A stretch of DNA of 35,117 bases, from the NCBI GenBank assembly GCA_001779955.1, contig MFES01000003.1, positions 11,348-46,464 of the forward strand. The letters are read 5' to 3'. The position numbers and the translations under genes were made by a program. Positions 24,382-32,029 of this stretch are shown one piece after another (position 1 is the first letter of the stretch; each line of letters opens with the position of its first letter). The DNA comes from Candidatus Doudnabacteria bacterium RIFCSPHIGHO2_02_FULL_46_11. GTDB taxonomy: Bacteria; Patescibacteriota; Doudnabacteria; UBA920; 2-02-FULL-46-11. The notes beneath the pieces were generated by a model. That model worked only from the letters and a program-made list of their open reading frames with translations. It did not search any database and was not told the origin of the DNA.

Positions 24382-25632
24382 TTAATTTTCTCGTGTTATA
24401 TCGGCGCCGATGGCCTTGAGCCTTTCCTCGATTTTCTCATAGCCGCGGTCAATATGATCAATGCCGGAAATAACCGTTTGGCCTTCAGCTACCAAGGCCG
24501 CAACAAGCAGGGCCATACCCGCGCGGATATCATAACTTGTTACTTCCGTACCATGCAAAGGCGTGGGCCCGATTATCAAAGCTCGGTGCGGATCCATGAT
24601 TACGGCATTGGCGCCCATCTTATAAAGCTCGGCCAAATAACTTTGCCTGCCTTCATAAAGCCAATCATGAATCATGCTAGCCCCTTCGGACTGCGCGGCC
24701 AGCACGGCCAAAGGCGGCAGAAAGTCGCTGTTGAGCTTTGGATAAAGCCCGGATTGCAAACGCGAGGCTTTATAGGGCTCAAGCGGAGGCAAAATGTGCA
24801 GGCTGTCTTTTTCAATTTTATAATTTATATTCATTTTATTCATCTGCAATAAAAGCGCGTTTAAAGTCTCCGGATTAATGTCTCGGATAATTAAATCGCT
24901 ATGAGTGGCAGCGGCTACGGCCACAAAACTGGCAACCTCAATATCCTCGGGAATAACTGCGTGCTCTACGCTTTTGAGGGAAGTTGAACCAGTTACTTTT
25001 AGCGTGGTGCTCCCGATACCCTCAATTTGCACCCCGGCCTTAACCAAAAATTTGCAAAGGGACTCAACGTGAGGTTCCATCGCGACCAAATGCATAGTGG
25101 TAACGGCATCTATACCGGCGGCATAAATCAAAAGATTCTCGGTGGCGGTAACGCTCGGCTCGTCCATGATAAAATCGCCGCCGAGGTGTTTGCCAGCCTT
25201 AAAATTAAGCGTGCCCTTTTCCGAAACCTCCACGCCAAGAGCCTTAAAGGAATTGATATGCGCATCAAGGGGCCGGGCGCCGATTTTATCTCCTCCCGGA
25301 TGCGGCAAAGTGGCTTCGCCGAACCTTGCCAGAAGGGGCCCGGCAAATAATATGGAGGACCTAAGCGCGCGGGCTTGTTCGGTCAGCGGCTTATTTATAA
25401 TACCTTGGCTTTTAAGCAAAAGCTCGTGCTTACCGATCCATTCAAAACCGCCGCCCAGATACTGAAAAATATCAAGCGTGGTATCAACATCCTTGATGCG
25501 CGGAACATTTATAAGCCGGGCCTCGGGCACAAGAACTGAAGCGGCAATTAACGGCAAAACCGCGTTCTTGGAGCCGCTAATTTTAACTTCGCCCGATAAT
25601 GGCTGGCCCCCGTTTATAATGAATTTAGACAT
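24382..25632 (-). CDS. murA: UDP-N-acetylglucosamine 1-carboxyvinyltransferase (Asp-type active site)
   Basis: SGSKNAVLP, LRSSILFAGPLLARFG, PGGDKIGARP, SVTATEN, DIRAG and HIDRGYE motifs. Confidence 0.96.
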   Translation of the reverse strand: MSKFIINGGQPLSGEVKISGSKNAVLPLIAASVLVPEARLINVPRIKDVDTTLDIFQYLGGGFEWIGKHELLLKSQGIINKPLTEQARALRSSILFAGPLLARFGEATLPHPGGDKIGARPLDAHINSFKALGVEVSEKGTLNFKAGKHLGGDFIMDEPSVTATENLLIYAAGIDAVTTMHLVAMEPHVESLCKFLVKAGVQIEGIGSTTLKVTGSTSLKSVEHAVIPEDIEVASFVAVAAATHSDLIIRDINPETLNALLLQMNKMNINYKIEKDSLHILPPLEPYKASRLQSGLYPKLNSDFLPPLAVLAAQSEGASMIHDWLYEGRQSYLAELYKMGANAVIMDPHRALIIGPTPLHGTEVTSYDIRAGMALLVAALVAEGQTVISGIDHIDRGYEKIEERLKAIGADITREN

Positions 25633-25640
25633 AGACTCTT

Positions 25641-25925
25641 AAACTTCAATCCTCAATCTTCAACCCTCAAGCAATCTTCCTGCCTGCGCCGAGGCTTCCT
25701 CCTTCGCCCCCTCCTCCGCTAAAGCTGGGCGGGCAGGCAAGGCTTCGGAGGACAGGTCGGCAGGCAGGCAAACTTCAATTATCAATTCCGGAATTGCCAG
25801 CCCGCTTGGGCTCCCGCCTGACTTCGAAAAGACGAAGTCTTGTCGGGCAGGTCGTCCAGGCGAAGTCTGGCGGGGGGTTTGAGGCTTGAAGTTTTAATGG
25901 AGTTTGAGTGTTGAAGTTTGGAGTT
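25641..25925. mobile_element. Composite element: a copy of 9671-9826 carrying a triple-nested 90-bp insert and a 39-bp insert
   Basis: Comparison with the empty copy defines inserts at 25679-25768 and 25813-25851, both ending in CAGG. Confidence 0.88.
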
Positions 25926-26044
25926 TTTGCCTTCCTATTTTATCACTTACTATACTAAAACAAAACCGCCCTTATTATGTGACGGTTTTGCCTGCCCCGT
26001 ACTAAAGCGCTGGCTTTTAGTACTGGGGTTTAGGTGCAAATTTA

Positions 26045-26187
26045 CCCGGACACCACAACAGCCATAAATTTTTTCGTAATTTGGTGTGACTTAACTAGAT
26101 TTTGCTATATAACCAGCCGACTTATTACCTGTGATTGCTAAACAAAAATTTATCGGACTGGAACACTATGGGTGTTTGGTGTACGGG
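26045..26187. mobile_element. 143-bp MITE-like element at the khpA stop codon
   Basis: TIRs CCCGGACACCACAACAGCCATA/TATGGGTGTTTGGTGTACGGG. Flanks are TTTA and CTTA. Confidence 0.75.
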
Positions 26188-26188
26188 C

Positions 26189-26539
26189 TTAGAGATTTAT
26201 ATCCAAAGGATCGCCGGATTCTTCGTTGCTTTCTTCTCTGCGCGGAGCTTCCTGCTGATCTCGCTGTGGCCGCGTACCGTGCTCTCTTTCCGGCTCGTAA
26301 ATCTTCAGGTTGACGCGAGCTCGGTTCTTGGCGCCGACAATACGAAGCAGGGTGCGAAGAGCTTTGGCGGTCTGGCCGTTGCGGCCGATAACCTGACCAA
26401 AGTCCTGTGGATTGAGGAAAAGGGTGATAAGCACGCCCATCTCATCAACCTTGCGCTCGGTGCGAACATCCTCCGGATGGTCAACTAAGGCCTTGACCGT
26501 ATACTCGATGAACTGCTGATCGTTTTCCGTTTCTGCCAT
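26189..26539 (-). CDS. khpA: KH-domain RNA-binding protein KhpA
   Basis: ALVDHPEDV and DFGQVIGRNGQTAKALRTLL. Lies downstream of rpsP. Confidence 0.92.
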   Translation of the reverse strand: MAETENDQQFIEYTVKALVDHPEDVRTERKVDEMGVLITLFLNPQDFGQVIGRNGQTAKALRTLLRIVGAKNRARVNLKIYEPEREHGTRPQRDQQEAPRREESNEESGDPLDINL

Positions 26540-26540
26540 A

Positions 26541-26681
26541 CCCTGTATATCAACCTCGATAATCTTAATGTCTTATAGTTCGACTTGAGATACGAGGTTA
26601 TGATTCTATTCCTACTTATGCCCGTGTAACGTTCGCTAGCCTTTAAGATTAAAGGAGAACTATCGAGGTTGCATAACGGGG
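26541..26681. mobile_element. 141-bp MITE-like element at the khpA start codon
   Basis: TIRs CCCTGTATATCAACCTCGATA/TATCGAGGTTGCATAACGGGG. TSD CATA at 26537 and 26682. Inverted homologue at 30826-30967. Confidence 0.85.
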
Positions 26682-26764
26682 CATATCTTCTAAATGTTGC
26701 TTTTTAAGGACCTTCGACTAGATGGTCTCATTTCTAAAATATCACTAAACAGATTTTTCTTCAA

Positions 26765-27046
26765 CCCGCACACCATAACCGCAATATTGCTCTTCTTAAA
26801 CCATCATAGGTAATAAAATCTTGGTTAGCATAACGGATATTACAGTAATCATCGTTACACAATATCGCAATAGGTACAGGTTTATTGCGGTTTGGTGTCT
26901 GGGTCAACCCGGTACACCACAACTGCAATATCGCTTTACTATAAATCGTCGTAGGTAATGCTAGAACTTATTTCGAGAATTTACGCTAACATGAGCTATT
27001 ATCAATGGCGCAATAGGTACAGATTTATTGCTGTTTGGTGTCCGGG
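26765..27046. mobile_element. Two tandem 139-bp MITE-like elements in the rpsP 3' end
   Basis: Units 26765-26903 and 26908-27046 with CCCG..ACACCA/TGGTGT..GGG termini. TCAA occurs at 26761, 26904 and 27047. Confidence 0.88.
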
Positions 27047-27441
27047 TCAACCGCTGGGGTCTCCTCCGGGGCGGGTGTTTGCTCCGCCGGAGCGGCTTCT
27101 GCAACCGGTCCGCCAGCTGGCGGATTAGTAGCTGCGGCGGGCGTAGCGGCTTCGGCTGGCTTCTCTGATTTCTTTGGCCTCCAAGCTTTAACTTTTACGC
27201 CCTCCTTCACAACTTTATTGGTTACAAACAAATTGTGAACGGTCGCACTGACTTCTACGTTCTGGCCAAGCCAATACTCAAGGCGGGCCTGATCGGAAAT
27301 CTTAAATTCTTTATTGCGCGGGTTATAGTTGCCCAGAATTTCCAGGAACTTCTTTGACGCGGCTTTTGTCTTCTGCGCCAGCACGATGCGGAATTGCGGC
27401 TGATGCTTCTTGCCTATTCTTTGCAGACGGATAATTAACAT
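27025..27441 (-). CDS. rpsP: 30S ribosomal protein S16 with Ala/Pro-rich tail
   Basis: MLIIRLQRIGKKHQPQFRIV, EILGNYNP and YWLGQ..SATV motifs. Confidence 0.96.
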   Translation of the reverse strand: MLIIRLQRIGKKHQPQFRIVLAQKTKAASKKFLEILGNYNPRNKEFKISDQARLEYWLGQNVEVSATVHNLFVTNKVVKEGVKVKAWRPKKSEKPAEAATPAAATNPPAGGPVAEAAPAEQTPAPEETPAVDPDTKQQ

Positions 27442-27481
27442 ACTTAATTTGATAGACTTAATACTTCTAAAATGCTTGATT

Positions 27482-27511
27482 ATATTACAGAAATATCAAA
27501 GGGTTTGTCAA
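27482..27511 (-). promoter_or_regulatory. sigma70 promoter of rpsP
   Basis: TTGACA-18 nt-TAATAT on the minus strand. Confidence 0.55.
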
Positions 27512-27608
27512 TCAGCTCCTTAAATCAACTTTCAGAAGGTAAAAGTAAAAATTCATTTCAAAACTTTTAAATTTTTTAATTGTAATTTTGATTTTTGATT
27601 TTTGATTT

Positions 27609-28220
27609 TTAATTTACTCGGATGTGCCGCCAAATATACCAGACCAAACTTAAAACTATAAGAATGGCGATAGCCACGTCAAAACCGCGCAACTGTTCGT
27701 GCAGGCTTTCCCAATGAGCGCCAAGCTTCATTCCTAAAAAAGCTAAAATATAAGACCAAATAAAAGATCCGACAAAAGCCGCGAGTGTAAAAGACCAAAA
27801 CGGGGTTTTAGCTATGCCGGCCGGCACCGAAATATAGGTGCGGACAATCGGCAGCATACGGCCGATAAATGTGCTCCAGGCGCCGTATTTTTTGAAAAAT
27901 CCGTCAGCCTTGTCCAGATCACTCTTTGATATGAAAACATAATGGCCATACCGTTCGACCAAAGGCCGCCCGCCCTTGAGAGCAATAAAATAAATAACCC
28001 ACGACCCCAAAACTGAACCGATTGCGCCGGAAAGAGCAGCGCCAAAAAGAGTAAACCTGCCCTCGTGAACCAAAAAACCGGCAAAGGGCATGATTATTTC
28101 ACTTGGCAAAGGTATGGCGGCAGATTCGATGGCCATCAATACGGCAATGCCAATGTAACCAGCGGCGGAGATGGTATTGGTTACAAAATTTATTATTGGC
28201 GATAAAATAGTTTCCAACAT
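27609..28220 (-). CDS. DedA-family membrane protein
   Basis: LMAIESAAIPLPSEIIMPFAG and GRMLPIVRTYISVPAG motifs. Confidence 0.93.
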   Translation of the reverse strand: MLETILSPIINFVTNTISAAGYIGIAVLMAIESAAIPLPSEIIMPFAGFLVHEGRFTLFGAALSGAIGSVLGSWVIYFIALKGGRPLVERYGHYVFISKSDLDKADGFFKKYGAWSTFIGRMLPIVRTYISVPAGIAKTPFWSFTLAAFVGSFIWSYILAFLGMKLGAHWESLHEQLRGFDVAIAILIVLSLVWYIWRHIRVN

Positions 28221-28227
28221 AAATTTT

Positions 28228-28343
28228 AATCCTCAAAACTCAAACTTCAATCCTCAATAAAACTTCAAACACCAAGCTTCAGTTCTGGACTTGAGATTTG
28301 ATCATTGAGGGTTCCTGGAGGCTCGAGAGTTGAAGTTTGAAGT
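28228..28343. repeat. Heptamer inverted-repeat element
   Basis: AAACTTC/AATCCTC units mirrored by GAAGTTT/TTGAG units. Abuts the smc stop codon. Confidence 0.7.
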
Positions 28344-30638
28344 TTACTCTTGGGCGTAGGTCAAGGAATCATCAAATTTAATTGATAAAATTTGTGAAAC
28401 GCCGGAATCGTTCATGGTCACGCCGTAAAGCGTATGCGCCCGGCGCATGGTTTCGCGGTTGTGGGTGATGGTGATAAATTGGGTGCGATCAGAGAGCGTG
28501 CCAAGAATTTTGGCAAACCGGATGCTGTTGCTTTCATCCAAAGCCGCGTCAACTTCATCCAAAACAACAAACGGCGAAGGGTAAGCGTCTAAAAGGGCAA
28601 TCAGCAAAGCGATGGTGGTCAGCGTGCGCTCCCCGCCGGAAAGAGCGGAAATGGAAGAAAGTTTTTTACCGGGTGGTGTGGCACTAATATCAATGCCGAT
28701 TATATCCTGATTCGGCTCTATCTTCTTTTCCTGTTCTTCCTCATCCTCCTCGTCCGTGCCGTCCTCATTTTTGATTTTTGATATTTGATTTTTGATTTTC
28801 TTTAAATCGGCTTTGCCGCCGTTAAAAAGTACCCGAAAATAATCGCTGAATTTGGCTGAAATGATAGAGAAAGCTTCATTAAACTTTTCTTTGATTACAG
28901 CGTTCAATTCCTCAAGCACGGTTTCCAAATCAGTTGCGGCCGCTTCTAAATCGCGAACTTGGCCGGTGAGATAACTGTAGCGCTCCTCGGTTTCCTCGTA
29001 TTCGCGGGCAGTTTGTTCGTCCAAACCTCCAATCTGTTCAAGCTGGCGTTTGAGATAAGAAATCTGCTCATCAGCAGCGGCATCCTGAACTTGAGCGGTG
29101 CCTTTGATAATTTCCTTAAAATTAGCTCCTAAATCTTCAGTAGCGCTTCTTTCTTCCTCTTCTTGCTTTGTTTCGATGCGAGCCAGTTCAATTTTGAAAT
29201 TATTTTGTTCACTGCGTAGCCGGTTTAAATCTTGTTCTTCTTTTCTTATTTTTTTGTCGGCCTCCTGGCGCCCGCTGGTATAAGCAGATATGTTGGTTAG
29301 CTCGTTTTGCAGATCAGCCTGCAATTTATTTAGCGACTTCTCATGAACCTGAATAATCTTATCAAGTTTGTCGGCCGCTTCTTGAAAATCACTGCCGCCG
29401 GCGCCGATTTCGGCTTCGATTCGGGCAATAGCCCGGGCCAGATCCTGTTTCTGGCTGATCATTTTTTTTATCAGTTGTTTCTGATTATTTAAAAAACGAT
29501 CGCTTATCTGATTGAAGCGCGGCACCAAATCGGGCTTGGAGGAATTCAAGATATCAACAATCTCTTTAATGTCCTGCTCGGTCTCGAGGATATTTTTTTC
29601 AAAATCCTCCACTTGGCTGGAAAGTTCGGCCTGCTGACGGCGCAGATCATCGCGTCTACCATGCAGGGCGGCCAAATCTTTTTGCGGGTTCGATAAGTTT
29701 GCCCCCATTTTCACGCGTAATTCTGCCAATTCCAGCTGCAACCTTTCTTTTTGGCGCTGCTCGTTTACAATACTCTGCTGAAGCGCGGTAATAGTTTGTG
29801 AACGCTTGGTTGAATTCTGGTCGCTCTCCTCAACTGAACGGAAAAACTTTTGCACCGCGCCCTCGAGCTGTTTTATTTTTGTCTCGAGCTCATTAATCTG
29901 CCCGGTTAAATTGCTTTTATCCTTTTGCAGATTGGCAAAAATAAACAATAACCTGCCGGATAGTAAATCTTTCCACTGCTTCTCAATCTCCGATCTTTGC
30001 TCCAATTTTTTTGCCTGGCGGCGCAAGGTGCGAAGCCTAGGTTCAATTTCGGCAGTTAAAGCGCTGACTTGGGTTAAATTCTCACGCGTGGCGGTAAGCC
30101 GGCGCACGGTTTTTTGATGTTTTTCGTAAAAAGGAGCGAGCCCGGCCGCTTCTTCAATTACGCTCTTGATTTCCGCCGGCCCCTGTAATAAAAACTGATC
30201 AATTATACCCTGGCCAATAACGGTGTAACGCGATTGAGCAAAGCCGGCTTTTTCCAGAAGCTCGCTTATGTCCATAAGACGCATTTGCTCGTTGTTGATT
30301 AGGTATTCCGAGCTGCCGTCGCGGTGTAGCCGGCGGGTAATGACAACTTCAGCCGAATCCACCGGCAATTTTTTATCTTGATTGTCAAAAATCACCGAAG
30401 CATGGGCCACGGATGAACGCATCCTTTGGGCTGAACCGGCAAAAATTACATCTTCGGCTCTTTTGCCGCGAAGGAGCAGTTTGCTTTGCTCGCCCAAAAC
30501 CCAACGCACGGCATCGGAGATATTCGACTTCCCCGAGCCGTTTGGCCCGACAATAGCCGTAATCCCCGGCTGAAATGCCAGGTCAGTTTTATGAGCAAAT
30601 GATTTGAAGCCTTGTATTTCTAAACGTTTGAGGTACAT
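28344..30638 (-). CDS. smc: Short SMC-family ATPase (764 aa, no recognisable hinge)
   Basis: GFKSFA, GPNGSGKSN (Walker A), IGQG (Q-loop), LSGGE, VVLDEVDAALD and QFITITHN motifs. Confidence 0.9.
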   Translation of the reverse strand: MYLKRLEIQGFKSFAHKTDLAFQPGITAIVGPNGSGKSNISDAVRWVLGEQSKLLLRGKRAEDVIFAGSAQRMRSSVAHASVIFDNQDKKLPVDSAEVVITRRLHRDGSSEYLINNEQMRLMDISELLEKAGFAQSRYTVIGQGIIDQFLLQGPAEIKSVIEEAAGLAPFYEKHQKTVRRLTATRENLTQVSALTAEIEPRLRTLRRQAKKLEQRSEIEKQWKDLLSGRLLFIFANLQKDKSNLTGQINELETKIKQLEGAVQKFFRSVEESDQNSTKRSQTITALQQSIVNEQRQKERLQLELAELRVKMGANLSNPQKDLAALHGRRDDLRRQQAELSSQVEDFEKNILETEQDIKEIVDILNSSKPDLVPRFNQISDRFLNNQKQLIKKMISQKQDLARAIARIEAEIGAGGSDFQEAADKLDKIIQVHEKSLNKLQADLQNELTNISAYTSGRQEADKKIRKEEQDLNRLRSEQNNFKIELARIETKQEEEERSATEDLGANFKEIIKGTAQVQDAAADEQISYLKRQLEQIGGLDEQTAREYEETEERYSYLTGQVRDLEAAATDLETVLEELNAVIKEKFNEAFSIISAKFSDYFRVLFNGGKADLKKIKNQISKIKNEDGTDEEDEEEQEKKIEPNQDIIGIDISATPPGKKLSSISALSGGERTLTTIALLIALLDAYPSPFVVLDEVDAALDESNSIRFAKILGTLSDRTQFITITHNRETMRRAHTLYGVTMNDSGVSQILSIKFDDSLTYAQE

Positions 30639-30990
30639 CCTGTATAACTTCCCCGATATTCTGCTTGGTATTGCAGTAATAACTGAGCAAATGCTATTTA
30701 CGTGATTAAGTAAGAATTTAAGTAAGTATTAATAAATCTTGGACGCAGAATCAGACAATATAATTTTTAGATATGGCTTCAAAAGTAATATTTATTACGG
30801 TTTTAACACAAAACTTAAAGATTTACCCTGTGATACAACCTCGATAATTCTCCCATCGTTTTGATAAATAGCAATAATACTTATTCTTTAATAGATAATT
30901 ACTAAAGCCTTAATAATACCTGGTCGAATTAACCGAAACTCAAAACGATCGAGGTTGATATCCAGGGTTTATCGGGGTAAATATACAGGA
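30638..30990. mobile_element. ~207-bp MITE-like element at the smc start codon containing a nested 142-bp element (30826-30967)
   Basis: Outer TIRs TCCTGTATAACTTCCCCGATA/TATCGGGGTAAATATACAGGA with TSD TACA(T). Inner CCCTG...CAGGG with TSD TTTA. Confidence 0.88.
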
Positions 30991-31001
30991 TACATTTTTG
31001 T

Positions 31002-31700
31002 TTATCCGGCGGTAATGGCTAAATGCTTTAAGGCTTCCTGGGCAGCCGAGACTTCGGCGTCCTGCTTTGAATGCCCGTTGCCCTGCCCTATCATCTTATC
31101 ATTGATGAATACGCCGACCTCAAAAAGCTTGGCATGATCCGGACCTGATTCAGAGAGAACTTGATAAATCGGGGTGACGCCCTCTTTTTCCTGGATGTAT
31201 TCCTGAAGCTGGGATTTAGGATCCAGATAAGCGCCCTCGGCCAGAATTTTCGGAAGCTCTGTCAGAATCTCGCGGTCAATGAATTCTTTGGCCACGGTAT
31301 AACCCTGGTCTAAATAGATAGCGCCGATCAAGGCTTCAATGGCATTGGCCAAAATCACCTGCCTGGCCCGGCCGGTGTCTTTGGCCTCACCGCGGGAAAG
31401 CAGAATGTAGTCGCCCATACCAAGGCGTTGGGCAATTTGAGAAAGTATGCGGTGGTTGACCAGGGCCGAGCGGAAATTGGTCAGCTCCCCTTCCGGGTTC
31501 GGATAGTGGCTATAAAGATAATCGGTTACAACCAGCTCCAAAACGGCGTCGCCTAAAAATTCCAAGCGCTCGTTTTGCGCCAAAGGAAAATCCCTGTGTT
31601 CATTGAGGTAGCTCCTATGAACCAGGGAAGTTTGTAAAAGCGCACTGTCTTTAAATTTTATTTTTAAAGTTTTTTCGAACTCATCCAGATTGCGTTTCAT
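31002..31700 (-). CDS. rnc: Ribonuclease III
   Basis: HRSY, NERLEFLGDAVLEL, EALIGAIYLD and dsRBD (DPKSQLQE, GPDH, SKQDAE) motifs. Confidence 0.97.
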   Translation of the reverse strand: MKRNLDEFEKTLKIKFKDSALLQTSLVHRSYLNEHRDFPLAQNERLEFLGDAVLELVVTDYLYSHYPNPEGELTNFRSALVNHRILSQIAQRLGMGDYILLSRGEAKDTGRARQVILANAIEALIGAIYLDQGYTVAKEFIDREILTELPKILAEGAYLDPKSQLQEYIQEKEGVTPIYQVLSESGPDHAKLFEVGVFINDKMIGQGNGHSKQDAEVSAAQEALKHLAITAG

Positions 31701-31713
31701 GATGGGTCGCCTG

Positions 31714-31794
31714 TCCCGTGCAAAAGTTCTGTCTCAACAACCAGCCGAGCGTCAAACTCATAACCGGCGATTAAGAGAGGGCTTTTGTATGGGA
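31714..31794 (-). promoter_or_regulatory. Long stem-loop in the rnc leader
   Basis: TCCCGTGCAAAAGTTCT pairs with AGGGCTTTTGTATGGGA, 13 nt upstream of the ATG. Confidence 0.5.
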
Positions 31795-31889
31795 TGAATC
31801 CTAATTTATTAATGAGGAACGTATTTATAATACTATGAATGAAGCTATTTGTAAATCGAAAAACGTTATGTTAAACTTGAGTTCGACAG

Positions 31890-31964
31890 GCGCGGTTAGC
31901 TCAGTGGTAGAGCGACTGATTGACGTTCAGTAGGTCGAAGGTTCGATCCCTTCACCGCGCACCA
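31890..31964 (+). tRNA. tRNA-Val (GAC)
   Basis: Acceptor GCGCGGT/ACCGCGC, D-arm GCTC/GAGC, anticodon arm ACTGA-TTGACGT-TCAGT, T-arm GAAGG-TTCGATC-CCTTC, A discriminator and encoded CCA. Confidence 0.96.
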
Positions 31965-31965
31965 T

Positions 31966-32002
31966 AAAAAAACACCCTGCGCTTATCGAAGGATGTTTTT
32001 TT
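31966..32002. terminator. Bidirectional terminator after the tRNA
   Basis: AAAAAAACACCCT...AGGATGTTTTTT. Confidence 0.6.
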
Positions 32003-32029
32003 ATTTCTCTACTTACTACTTTCTACTAA

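Noticed and set aside
26761..27050. 143-bp periodic repeat as a CRISPR array
   Set aside because: Only two units, the period is too long, interiors are partly homologous, there are TIRs with a TSD, and no cas genes are present.
31919..31926. G37 in tRNA-Val(GAC) as an anomaly
   Set aside because: From recollection the TTGACGT loop also occurs in other Val-GAC tRNAs (e.g. plastid), so it is not distinctive.
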